Counted from the stretch's first letter, positions 20,355 to 29,690 are shown. The stretch is DNA of 64,000 nucleotides from Dehalococcoidia bacterium (GCA_002699555.1 PABN01000042.1:374-64373); one strand, 5' to 3'. Notes: generated from the letters alone by a model not told the origin. Numbers and translations: made by a program.

Positions 20355-21263
20355 ATGCTATCAGATAAAAAAATTCTCGTAACAGGTGCAACTGGCCAAA
20401 TTGGCTTTCCGTTAGCTCGATTCTTGGCAGAAAAAAACGAGGTTTGGGGAGTTGCTCGTTTTACTGATGAACAAAAAAAAGAACGGTTAGAGGGACTGGG
20501 CGTCCGCACTTTTACTCTCGATTTAAATTCGAAAGACTACGGAACTCTCCCAACCGATTTCGATCATGTAGTTCATTTCGCAGTTTTTCAAGGTCCAGAA
20601 GCTGATTATGATTTGGCAATTTCGAATAATGCTGAAGCAACGGGGATCTTGATGCAACATTGTTGCCATGCAAAATCAGTATTGATAGCTTCAACTAACT
20701 CTGTTTACAAACCCAATGAAAACCCTTGGCATCTCTACCATGAAAGTGATCCAATAGGTGATTCAACTGTTACCCATTCTCCTACATATGGAATCTCTAA
20801 AATAAGCCAAGAGGCTGTTGCTAGAACCATGTCTAGGGTTCTTGAACTTCCCACTACTATCGCTCGAATCAATGCAAGCTATGGCGATAATGGGGGTCTT
20901 CCAAAATATCACTGTGCAGCAATAGCTGCCGATAAACCGATAGTACTCAGAGATTCAGCTCCTTCTCCTTATAGTCCCATCCATGAGACAGATCTAGCCC
21001 AGCAGGTCTCATATCTTCTTGAAGCCGCTTCAACCCCCTCTACCATCGTGAACTGGTGCGGAGATGAAGTTGTAACTGCTGAAGAGTGGTGTGCTTTTTT
21101 CGGTTCTCTCTTGGGTAAAACACCACAACTGATATACGAAAATGTGCCAGGTAGCCAATCAGGAGGTGCAGCAGATCCAAGTTTCAGAAAATCAATTACT
21201 GGACCATGTAAAATTTCTTGGATGGATGGAATGGAGAGCTTTGCAGAACATCATGTCAAATAA
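20355..21263 (+). CDS. NAD-dependent epimerase/dehydratase family protein
   Basis: VTGATGQIG, YGISK catalytic motif. Confidence 0.85.
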   Translation: MLSDKKILVTGATGQIGFPLARFLAEKNEVWGVARFTDEQKKERLEGLGVRTFTLDLNSKDYGTLPTDFDHVVHFAVFQGPEADYDLAISNNAEATGILMQHCCHAKSVLIASTNSVYKPNENPWHLYHESDPIGDSTVTHSPTYGISKISQEAVARTMSRVLELPTTIARINASYGDNGGLPKYHCAAIAADKPIVLRDSAPSPYSPIHETDLAQQVSYLLEAASTPSTIVNWCGDEVVTAEEWCAFFGSLLGKTPQLIYENVPGSQSGGAADPSFRKSITGPCKISWMDGMESFAEHHVK

Positions 21264-21321
21264 GTTTTACTGCTATAACAGAGAAAGGTTTTAAGTTTTC
21301 GAGGAGTTTTAATTCCTATTA

Positions 21322-21789
21322 GTGGAAAGCGGTCTTATGGACATTGAAGATGTTGTTAACAGGATTGAGATAACAGATTTTTTTTCGCGATACGCACGTG
21401 CTGTGGATACTCGAGATTGGGATCTTTATAGAACCTTGTTCACAACAGATGCTCACATCGATTACTCATCTTCGGGAGGTTCAGTCGGTAATTTAGAGGA
21501 AACCGTTTCTTTTTTATCAAAGGCTTTAGACATGTTTGAAATGTCTCAACATCTCGTCACCAACATCGAAGTGTTAGAGAAAGAAGGAAACAAAGCTGAT
21601 GTTCTTGCTCTTTTCAATAATCCAATGCGTCTAAAAGGAGGAGAAATCTGGTTTGTAGGTGGAAAATATAGACATGAACTGATCCAGTCAGACTTAGGTT
21701 GGAAAAGCAGAAAACTCGTCGAAGAAACTCTTTGGTTTGATAGATCTCCTTTTGGCGATCTCACTAAAGACAACTTAGAAGAAGAGTGA
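21322..21789 (+). CDS. SnoaL-like/NTF2 family protein
   Basis: RYARAVDTRDWD..RTLFT.DA.IDY, SQHLVTN, GGKYRH. Confidence 0.85.
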   Translation: MESGLMDIEDVVNRIEITDFFSRYARAVDTRDWDLYRTLFTTDAHIDYSSSGGSVGNLEETVSFLSKALDMFEMSQHLVTNIEVLEKEGNKADVLALFNNPMRLKGGEIWFVGGKYRHELIQSDLGWKSRKLVEETLWFDRSPFGDLTKDNLEEE

Positions 21790-21795
21790 CTTTCA

Positions 21796-22548
21796 TTGAT
21801 AGATAATCGTGATGAAAGTCGTTACAAAAAATGGGAATCAGAACATGAAGAGCGAGGAACGAGCAATCTAATACCTGCTGCAACTGTTGTAATAATGAGA
21901 GATTCAGAATCCGGTATTGAACTCCTAATGCTTCGAAAGAACTCCAAAGTTGCTTTTGGAGGTATGTGGGTTTTCCCTGGTGGAAAAATTGACGAAACTG
22001 ACAAGGTTATTAATTCAGATGGATCTCTTGATGAATTGGCAACAGCAACTAGTGCTGCTACAAGAGAGACTTTCGAAGAAGCAGCGATTTCTGTTTCTCA
22101 AGAAAACTTGTTTTGGTTTTCGCATTGGGTTCCACCAGCTATAACTCCTAAAAGATTTTCTACATACTTTTTTGCAACAAAGCTGCTGGATGGCGATGAA
22201 GTCACCATTGATGATTCTGAAATCATTGAACATGGTTGGTTTCGTCCTCATGAAGCCATCAATTTACGTGATGCCGGTGAGATAGAACTAGCACCACCTA
22301 CTTGGGTGACCTTGAATCATCTTATTTCTTTTACAAATGTTGAAGATGCTTTAAATGACCTTGATGCCAAGGATCCAATTTTCTATGAAACTCATATAGC
22401 TCAATCAGCGAAAGGGCCAGTAGCAATGTGGTTTGGAGACGCAGGTTATGAGAAAACCGATCCTGATATGCCCGGAGAACGCCATAGGCTGACAATGTCT
22501 ACAGATGGTTACCACTTTGAACAATCAAATAGCAGCCCTCTAACCTAA
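21796..22548 (+). CDS. NUDIX hydrolase (Nudt19-like, CoA-ester type)
   Basis: PAATVV.MRD, FPGGKID, ATRETFEEA, HWVPP..PKRFSTYFF, LAPPT. Confidence 0.85.
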   Translation: MIDNRDESRYKKWESEHEERGTSNLIPAATVVIMRDSESGIELLMLRKNSKVAFGGMWVFPGGKIDETDKVINSDGSLDELATATSAATRETFEEAAISVSQENLFWFSHWVPPAITPKRFSTYFFATKLLDGDEVTIDDSEIIEHGWFRPHEAINLRDAGEIELAPPTWVTLNHLISFTNVEDALNDLDAKDPIFYETHIAQSAKGPVAMWFGDAGYEKTDPDMPGERHRLTMSTDGYHFEQSNSSPLT

Positions 22549-22557
22549 TATTTATCT

Positions 22558-24876
22558 ATGAGTCCTGATAACTCTCCCGAGACCGTACTAGGCCTAACGG
22601 AGGCTGAAGTTGCTGAACGGATAGAAAAAGGTCAGGTCAATAACGTCCCTGACGCTCCTGTTCGTACCACTAAGCAAATATTGAGAGCAAATGTTTTAAC
22701 TCCAGTCAATGGGATTATGGGGACTCTTCTCGTTCTCATATTGGTGGCAGGTTTCCCTGGTGATGCTTTGTTTGCAGGAGTTATTTTCTCAAACAGCATT
22801 ATCGGGATTTTTCAAGAACTAAAAGCTCGAAAAACCTTGACGGAGTTAGCTGTTCTGTCAGCTCCTAAAGCACGCGTGATTCGTGAAGGGACTGTTAAGG
22901 AAATTAATATTTCTGAAGTTGTACTTGATGACCTGATTGAGATTCAACCAGGTGACCAAATAGTTGTAGATGGCGATTTAACACATTCTGCTGGTTTAGA
23001 AGTCGATGAATCTCTGCTAACTGGTGAATCTGAACCGGTAGAAAAAAATATTCAAGATGAGGTTTTGTCTGGAAGTTTTGTGTCAGCTGGTTTTGCTCAT
23101 TACAGGGCTACACGTATAGGTGTTGACTCTTATGCAGTCGCTCTGGCTGAAGAAGCTCGACGTTTCAGACTTGTCGATAGTGAACTGCGTTCTGGAGTCG
23201 ACACGATTCTGCGTTGGTTAATTATAATCATTCCTCCCTCTGTAGGTCTTTTACTTCTCAGGCTTTTAGTTACTGAAGATCTTTGGGAGGAAGCTTTACG
23301 TGGAACCGTAGCCTCAGCAGTTGCAATGGTTCCTGATGGACTTGTACTACTTACGAGTCTTTCCTTTATCACTGGTGTGGTCGCTTTAGCCAGGCATAGG
23401 GCTTTATGCAAAGAGCTGGCATCAGTTGAGATGCTGGCTCGTGTCGATGTATTGTGCCTGGACAAAACTGGAACTATTACAACTGGTAAAATTTCCTATA
23501 CGGGTTTTGAGACTCTCGATGACACTGACCCTTCTGAGGTGCTGGGAGCGATGGTAGCTGCCGACCCTTCACCGAACGCTACGCTCGCTGCTCTAGGTGA
23601 ACAATTTAAAGATCCTGAATGGCCTCTCATTGACTCAGTCGCCTTTTCCTCAATGCGTAAATGGTCTATGTGCGACTTCGGTGAAAATGGGTTGTTTTAT
23701 TTGGGGGCACCCGAAATTCTCCTCAAAGAAAGCGACCAAGAAAATCGTACTCGTGTCGAAATCTTAGCGAATGAAGGGAAGCGTGTTTTAGTTCTTACCA
23801 GATCAGACGATTCTGTTGACAAGACAGATGAACTGCCATTAAATCGAAATCCAGTCTGTCTTATTTTTCTAGAAGATACTTTGCGAGATGATGCTCAGGA
23901 GATTCTTAGCTACCTTCAAGATCAGGGCATTCAATTAAAAGTCATTTCGGGCGATCACCCTGCGACAGTTGCTTCTGTAGCAAAAAAAGCTGGAATTTCA
24001 ATTAATGCAGATGTTTTAGACGCCAGAGAGTTAGCAGAAAATCAGAACATAGATGAAATAATTGAAAGTACGTCAATTTTTGGACGTGTTACACCTCACC
24101 AGAAAAGAGCAATGGTTTCATCTCTTCAAAACAATGGCCACACCGTTGCTATGACTGGTGATGGTGTCAACGATGTTCTCGCCTTGAAAGATTCTGATAT
24201 GGGCATAGCTATGGGGTCAGGGAGTTCGGCTAGTAGAGCTGTAGCTCAGTTGGTGTTGCTTGATAATCAATTCAAAATATTACCGCGCGTTCTTAAAGAA
24301 GGCCGGAGAGTGATTAATAATATTGAGAGGGTTTCTAATCTTTTCATCACAAAGGCAACTTACGCTGTTCTATTAACAGCGCTTGTAGGAATAATCGGTG
24401 TTCCTTTTCCTTTTCGACCTAAACAATTAACACTTATAGGAACCTTTTCTATAGGCCTTCCTGGTTTCTTCTTAGCTTTGGCTCCCGATAGCTCACTCGT
24501 CAAACCTGGTTTCCTAAGAAGAGTCCTTCGTTACTCAATCCCTGCTGGTATCTCTGCCGCAATCGCAACTTTTGTCTGCTATGAAATTGTTAGGCGTTCA
24601 GATGTTCTACTGATCGAAGCTAGAACTGCTGCAACAGCCACTCTTCTATGTCTTGGTCTTGGGATTCTTTTGGTTGTGAGCAGGCCTATAAAACTTTGGA
24701 AATTATTATTAGCATTATTTATGGGTTTATCTTATGTGTCTGTTCTTTTGAGTGAATTTGGCCGCGACTATTTTGAGATAGTTCATCTATCTGGTAGCTC
24801 ATGGTTGACTACAGGAATTTGTGTTGCTGTTGGGGTCGTTCCAATATTTCTTTCAGCTCACTTTAATAAAAACTGA
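22558..24876 (+). CDS. P-type ATPase, CtpE-like
   Basis: TGES, DKTGTIT, SGD, TGDGVND; PDGL in TM4. Confidence 0.92.
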   Translation: MSPDNSPETVLGLTEAEVAERIEKGQVNNVPDAPVRTTKQILRANVLTPVNGIMGTLLVLILVAGFPGDALFAGVIFSNSIIGIFQELKARKTLTELAVLSAPKARVIREGTVKEINISEVVLDDLIEIQPGDQIVVDGDLTHSAGLEVDESLLTGESEPVEKNIQDEVLSGSFVSAGFAHYRATRIGVDSYAVALAEEARRFRLVDSELRSGVDTILRWLIIIIPPSVGLLLLRLLVTEDLWEEALRGTVASAVAMVPDGLVLLTSLSFITGVVALARHRALCKELASVEMLARVDVLCLDKTGTITTGKISYTGFETLDDTDPSEVLGAMVAADPSPNATLAALGEQFKDPEWPLIDSVAFSSMRKWSMCDFGENGLFYLGAPEILLKESDQENRTRVEILANEGKRVLVLTRSDDSVDKTDELPLNRNPVCLIFLEDTLRDDAQEILSYLQDQGIQLKVISGDHPATVASVAKKAGISINADVLDARELAENQNIDEIIESTSIFGRVTPHQKRAMVSSLQNNGHTVAMTGDGVNDVLALKDSDMGIAMGSGSSASRAVAQLVLLDNQFKILPRVLKEGRRVINNIERVSNLFITKATYAVLLTALVGIIGVPFPFRPKQLTLIGTFSIGLPGFFLALAPDSSLVKPGFLRRVLRYSIPAGISAAIATFVCYEIVRRSDVLLIEARTAATATLLCLGLGILLVVSRPIKLWKLLLALFMGLSYVSVLLSEFGRDYFEIVHLSGSSWLTTGICVAVGVVPIFLSAHFNKN

Positions 24877-24885
24877 TTTTTTTGT

Positions 24886-25236
24886 TTAACGTCCTGCTGC
24901 TGCTGCTGCTGCCAAAGCGGCAGCAGCTCTGTCGGCAGCTACTTGTCTGCGTCCTATTATCGGAGTTGTCGGTGCGAATCCTGCAGTAGCTCTCTCTGCT
25001 TCTGATTCACCACCCCAGAAACCTAACTCTCTGTTGTCGCGAGCATATTGTTTACAATCAACTTGCACTTCACAATCAGCACAAATATCTTTTGCTTTTG
25101 CTTCACGCCTAACTCGTGCTTCAGGTCTTTCAGCGAATGGTGCAAAAAACAAACTGCTCTCGCCTTGACACAAGGCGTCTTTCATCCAGATTAGAACTCT
25201 TGAATCAATAAAAAAGTTCGTTGCTATATCAGTCAT
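24886..25236 (-). CDS. WhiB family transcriptional regulator (WhiB3-like)
   Basis: W...A.C, ICADC...DC, GFWGG; GGAGG RBS. Confidence 0.9.
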   Translation of the reverse strand: MTDIATNFFIDSRVLIWMKDALCQGESSLFFAPFAERPEARVRREAKAKDICADCEVQVDCKQYARDNRELGFWGGESEAERATAGFAPTTPIIGRRQVAADRAAAALAAAAAAGR

Positions 25237-25447
25237 GCAGACCGGCCCTCCTCCGTTCTACTTTTCGAAGTTTTACTCCGAGCGCGCGACTTTAGGTAAT
25301 ACAAACTGTTTTGAACAGAGGTTTGCAATAATAATTAGAGAATTACCTATCTGTAAAACAGATAGTCTTTCTCTTCATGAATGACCATTTGTGATACACA
25401 TCTGCTATCAAGATGACATTAGATGAATCTCGTGCCATAGTCGTTAG

Positions 25448-26458
25448 ATGGATCGTGAAATAACAAGCAATGAAAAAGCTACCGGAACGTACTTTGATGA
25501 TCTGGCAGTTGGACAAATTCTCCCACCTGCTCCTGATGTTACGATCACCGCTGGGGAAATTTCTATGTACCAATCAATTTGCGGTGACCCTTTAGCAACT
25601 TCTCTAAGTCTTCCATTGGCCGAAAAGATAACTGGAGTCTCAAAGCGTGTTGTGAACCCCGGATTGATCATGCATTTTTCAATTGGCCAAAGCACCGTTG
25701 CTACAAGACGGGTAATAGCAAATCTTTTCTATCGTGGGGTTTCTTTCAAAAGACCCGTCTTTGAGGGAGAGACACTCCATACCGAAGTGATAATCAAGGG
25801 TTTAAAGGATTTGACCCTCAGGGAAGACAGGTCACCAAGAGGACTTGCGTTGCTTGGAATTAAAACTACTTGCGTGAACGATAATTCAATCGTGGTCGAT
25901 TATGAACGCTGTGCAATGCTCAAAGCGCGCGATTCTCAAACCCTTCCTGGTCACAGCGATGATCTCGGCTCAGTAGAAACAGAAATCGTATTAGACCAAT
26001 GGGAGTCTTTAGTTCCTCATTCCTGGGATATATCACCCATAGGTATAGAAAAACAGACAGACTGGAACGTTGGAGAAAAGAAAATAGATGATCTGTGTGA
26101 CACAGTAAGCAATGCAATCGAACTAGTCCGTCTAACTCAAAATCAGGCTCCCGTTCACCGTGATGCAAGCACTTCACCAACTGGCGAAAGACTTGTATAT
26201 GGAGGTCACACTATAGGCCTCGCTCAAGCATCTCTGAACCGACTGATGCCAGGAAACGCTACTGTTTTAGGCTGGCAGTCTTGTGATCACTTAGGACCCG
26301 TTCATGAAGGGGATGTTTTATCTTTCCAGCACACTCTCTTGGAAGAAAAATCATTAGATACTGGAAAAATTAGTGCGATTAGAACAGAGGTCTCTTCTAA
26401 TAAAGGTGCTGAGACATCAAGTGTTCTTGATTGGCGGCTTGTGGTTTTCGGAGTGTAA
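25448..26458 (+). CDS. Double-hotdog MaoC dehydratase, mesaconyl-CoA (2-methylfumaryl-CoA) hydratase-like
   Basis: GTYFDDL.VGQ, IGQST..IANLFY, N.APVH, LVYGGH; convergent with mct. Confidence 0.7.
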   Translation: MDREITSNEKATGTYFDDLAVGQILPPAPDVTITAGEISMYQSICGDPLATSLSLPLAEKITGVSKRVVNPGLIMHFSIGQSTVATRRVIANLFYRGVSFKRPVFEGETLHTEVIIKGLKDLTLREDRSPRGLALLGIKTTCVNDNSIVVDYERCAMLKARDSQTLPGHSDDLGSVETEIVLDQWESLVPHSWDISPIGIEKQTDWNVGEKKIDDLCDTVSNAIELVRLTQNQAPVHRDASTSPTGERLVYGGHTIGLAQASLNRLMPGNATVLGWQSCDHLGPVHEGDVLSFQHTLLEEKSLDTGKISAIRTEVSSNKGAETSSVLDWRLVVFGV

Positions 26459-26465
26459 AAATCAG

Positions 26466-27677
26466 TTATGAAACTGTTGAGATAAGACCCTGATCCGCCA
26501 AATTTCCTATTTCAGCTGAACTAAGTTTTAGGTTGTCAGCTAAAACCTGTTCGGTGTGTTCTCCTAGCAGCGGTGCTTTTAGAGCATTTCGATCGTCTAC
26601 TTCTGGACCTCCGAAAGATAAAGGTGATCCAGGAACTAAGTGTGTTCCTACTCCAGGTTGATCAATTTCCGAAAACATAGGATTTTCCGTTGAACACCTC
26701 GGGTCCTCATCGAGCATCTGTCTAAAAGTCCTGTAAGGACCCCAGCACACTCCATGTTCATCAAGTCGTTCGGAAATTTCCTTTAAGGTCAAAGTTTTAA
26801 ACCACGGATTAAACAAGTCTGCAAGTTCTTCTCTTGCTTGAAAACGCGCCCCTTCATCTGTGAAATCAAGGCCGAGTCTTTGAGATAACGAAGATATCTC
26901 GCCTTGTGTCTGCGTCGCCTCTAAAAGGCCATCCCATTGCCTTTGGGTGATAGCCACAACCATTACATGCCGGCCATCTAGACTCAGGAAATCTCTTCCG
27001 AAAGCACCATATAGGTCATTGCCTAGTTTTTTTCTTTCCTCTCCACCTAATTCAGCTTCGGACAGGTCTCCTCTCCAAGCAACAGCTGCCAGAGCGACAT
27101 CCGACAAAGCAAGGCTCACTAACTGGCCTTCCCCAGTTTGTGTTCTGTACCGATCTGCCGCAACCATACCTAATGCTGCGGTTTGACCACAGATGAGATC
27201 CCATGCAGGCAGTGAATGATTAACAGGACGAGGATCGTCCACATGACCAGTTATCGACGGAATCCCAACTGCACAGTTAATCGTGTAATCCACAGCGGTT
27301 GTTCCGTCATGGCTTCCTGTAATAGCTAGCATCACTAAATCTGGTCTTTTTTCGGAAAGTTTTTCATAACTAAGCCAGCCTCTTGCAGGAAAATTGGTTA
27401 AAAAGTTTCCTGAAGCAGCTATCAGCTCCGATAACAAAACCTGTATCTCTGGCGCTCGTAAATCTGCTACAACTGATTTCTTTCCACGGTTCAAACCATT
27501 CCAATAAAGACTCACACCATCTTCGGTAAGAGGCCAACGTCGATAGTCAATTCCTCCACCCAGTTGATCAAACCTGATGACTTCGGCGCCCATCTGGGCT
27601 AACGTCATTCCTCCTGAAGGAGCAGCGACAAAAGCTGAGCCTTCGACTACGGAAAGTCCTTCTAATGGAAGAATCAA
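26466..27677 (-). CDS. mct: Mesaconyl-CoA C1-C4 CoA transferase (family III)
   Basis: VVEGSAFVAAP.GGMTLAQMGAEVIRFD..GGG.DY.RWP, TNFPARGWLSY, catalytic VDYT, PVNHSLPAWD, YGAFGRDF, as in characterised Mct. Confidence 0.9.
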   Translation of the reverse strand: MILPLEGLSVVEGSAFVAAPSGGMTLAQMGAEVIRFDQLGGGIDYRRWPLTEDGVSLYWNGLNRGKKSVVADLRAPEIQVLLSELIAASGNFLTNFPARGWLSYEKLSEKRPDLVMLAITGSHDGTTAVDYTINCAVGIPSITGHVDDPRPVNHSLPAWDLICGQTAALGMVAADRYRTQTGEGQLVSLALSDVALAAVAWRGDLSEAELGGEERKKLGNDLYGAFGRDFLSLDGRHVMVVAITQRQWDGLLEATQTQGEISSLSQRLGLDFTDEGARFQAREELADLFNPWFKTLTLKEISERLDEHGVCWGPYRTFRQMLDEDPRCSTENPMFSEIDQPGVGTHLVPGSPLSFGGPEVDDRNALKAPLLGEHTEQVLADNLKLSSAEIGNLADQGLISTVS

Positions 27678-27689
27678 ACCAGCACACTC

Positions 27690-28157
27690 TCAACTTTGTG
27701 AACGAATTGCTGTCAAAACTTCATCACCATGGGTCTGAAAATCTGTAATTGAGTCCTGGTCCCAAATAGCGGCAATTAACCCCTCGGGGGAAATCAAAAA
27801 ACTAGTTCTTAGAGGAAAAGCTACAGCAGGGTCATCTGCAGGCCTAGCTGCACCATAAAGCTCACCTATTTTTCTTTCAGGGTCAGAAATTAATGGGAAA
27901 AGGAAATTATGTTCTTCAGCAAATTTCTTTTGTTCTTCCACTGAGTCGAAACTAGCACCGACTATTACAGCTCCTAGATCTGAAAATTCTGAGGCTCTAT
28001 CACGGAGCCCCTGGCCTTGAATCGTTCAACCAGGTGTCGATGCTTTTGCATACCACCAAAACAAAACCCAGCTTCCTGAAAAATCAGCCAAAGATAGTGT
28101 GTTTCCATCTTGATCAAGTGCTGAAAATTCTGGTGCTTCGCTTCCTACTACAAGCAT
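27690..28157 (-). CDS. Peroxiredoxin BCP/PrxQ family selenoprotein (Sec at codon 44)
   Basis: ATG 28157 with AAGGGG RBS; MLVVGSEAPEFSALDQDG...WWYAKASTPG-TGA-TIQGQGLRD...PLISD...PLRTSFLISPEG. The TGA (28026-28028) occupies the peroxidatic Cys position; the track shows only the C-terminal half. Confidence 0.88.
27987..28022 (-). promoter_or_regulatory. Putative bacterial SECIS element
   Basis: After the UGA: AUUC...GGGGCUC-CGUGAUA-GAGCCUC-A-GAAU. Apical 7-bp stem (27991-28011) starts 14 nt after the UGA and has G-containing loop. Confidence 0.7.
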
Positions 28158-28226
28158 TATTTCCCCTTTTCTTCAATAGTTACAATAGTGACCATAGCTT
28201 CTCAAAGCATTCAAAAGATTTATAAA

Positions 28227-29690
28227 TTATGCCAACCAAGAAATAGCCTGGAGTTCGCTGTACGCCTTTAAACCCCATACACCTCGGTCTCTACCTATTC
28301 CAGACATCTTGAATCCCCCAAAAGGTGCTTCCATGTGCGGTTGAATGCTGTTAAGGGCAACATTTCCACTTTCCAAACTCTTAGCTATCTGGTGAGCTCT
28401 AGCAGTGTCGCCCGCATAAACATAACTAAATAGTCCATAATCAGAATCGTTGGCCATTTCGATCGCTTGTACGTCGTCGTCATATGGCATAACTACAACA
28501 ACTGGCCCAAAAGCCTCTTCACGAACAACGTGCATGTCAGTTGTGCAGTCTGCTAGAAGTGTGGGCGCTACGAAATAACCCTGCTCTTCAGGCCTTTGAC
28601 CGCCACAAACCAATTTTGCACCTGACTCGACACCAGATGAAATGAAATTCTCAACGTTGTCTCTCTGCTGCTCTGAAATCAAAGGGCCCACTAAAGTATC
28701 ACGTTCTCTCGGGTCTCCGATTTTAAGCATCCCCGCTATAGCCGAGAGAGTCTCAACTGTTTGGTCGTAAATATTTTGATGACAGATGACTCGCGTTGGG
28801 GCAGTACAAATCTGCCCACTGTGAAAACCCCAAACACTTGCTATGGCACCCATAGCTGCATCAATGCTGGCGTCTTCAGTCATAATTAGAGCACCCTTTC
28901 CGCCTAACTCCATAAGGACACGCGTCATAGTAGATGCTCCACTTTCATAGATCGATTTTCCAACAGAAGTTGAGCCCGTAAAGCTGACCATGTTTACGTC
29001 TTTTGATGCGACCATCGCCGCTGGGACTTCCGAACCAGAAGACGTGACTATATTTATAACGCCTGGTGGGAAACCAGCTTCATTTATGGCTTCACCCAAT
29101 CTCAAAATACCAAGTGGGTCCTGGGGGGCAGGTTTTATAATGCAGGTATTACCCATCGCTAAAGCTGGTGCTATTTTCCCTGCCACATTGGTAAGAGGAA
29201 AATTGTACGGCGTGATACATAAAACAACCCCAACTGGCTGGTGGTATACAGATGCTGCTACAAGACCTGCAGGCCCAAGAGCAGTCGCACCTTGTTTAAC
29301 AGGAAGTTCAGATGAATCTATACATTGTGGTTTCGAGTAATACCGAAAACGATCGATAAACCCTCCTGCGACTTGAAGGGTTTCTGTAATATTTATGGTA
29401 GATCCAGTCTCCGCCTGAACTAAATCAACCCATTCTGGAGTTTTTTCTTCAAGCACATCTGCAAGTTTCCCGAGTAAATAACATCTCTCATCAATCGATG
29501 TATTTTTCCATCCGGCTAATGCTTCTCGTGCGGCTGTCATTGCATCAACCGCCTCACTTAGAGTCGCCTCTGGTGCATGACCCACTATCTCTGTCGTATA
29601 AGGATTAACCACTGGATATGTTCCTGCAGTTTCAACCCATTCACCACCTATAAACAATTTCCATTGCTCTTGTGGATCTATTTTTGTCAT
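28227..29690 (-). CDS. Aldehyde dehydrogenase
   Basis: ITPYNFP, FTGST, ELGGK, GQIC, EEAFGP, PFGGFK.SG. Confidence 0.95.
   Translation of the reverse strand: MTKIDPQEQWKLFIGGEWVETAGTYPVVNPYTTEIVGHAPEATLSEAVDAMTAAREALAGWKNTSIDERCYLLGKLADVLEEKTPEWVDLVQAETGSTINITETLQVAGGFIDRFRYYSKPQCIDSSELPVKQGATALGPAGLVAASVYHQPVGVVLCITPYNFPLTNVAGKIAPALAMGNTCIIKPAPQDPLGILRLGEAINEAGFPPGVINIVTSSGSEVPAAMVASKDVNMVSFTGSTSVGKSIYESGASTMTRVLMELGGKGALIMTEDASIDAAMGAIASVWGFHSGQICTAPTRVICHQNIYDQTVETLSAIAGMLKIGDPRERDTLVGPLISEQQRDNVENFISSGVESGAKLVCGGQRPEEQGYFVAPTLLADCTTDMHVVREEAFGPVVVVMPYDDDVQAIEMANDSDYGLFSYVYAGDTARAHQIAKSLESGNVALNSIQPHMEAPFGGFKMSGIGRDRGVWGLKAYSELQAISWLA

Noticed and set aside
21787-21798. SnoaL TGA stop in frame with the NUDIX gene (possible read-through)
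   Set aside because: The TGA is not at a catalytic Cys position, no SECIS-like hairpin is evident, both proteins look complete, and same-frame placement is common by chance.
25388-25408. CRP/GlxR site upstream of whiB
   Set aside because: Only the TGTGA half matches; the second half is TCTGC rather than TCACA.
25448-27677. Autotrophic 3-hydroxypropionate bi-cycle
   Set aside because: Key enzymes (malonyl-CoA reductase, propionyl-CoA synthase) are not in the window, and mct/mch occur in heterotrophs.
28026-28028. Pseudogene or alternative genetic code (UGA=Trp/Gly) explanation for the Prx TGA
   Set aside because: Other genes here end in TGA at their expected C-termini (ilvB, gatC, mnmA), Trp uses TGG, and the TGA falls exactly on the catalytic site with a hairpin downstream.
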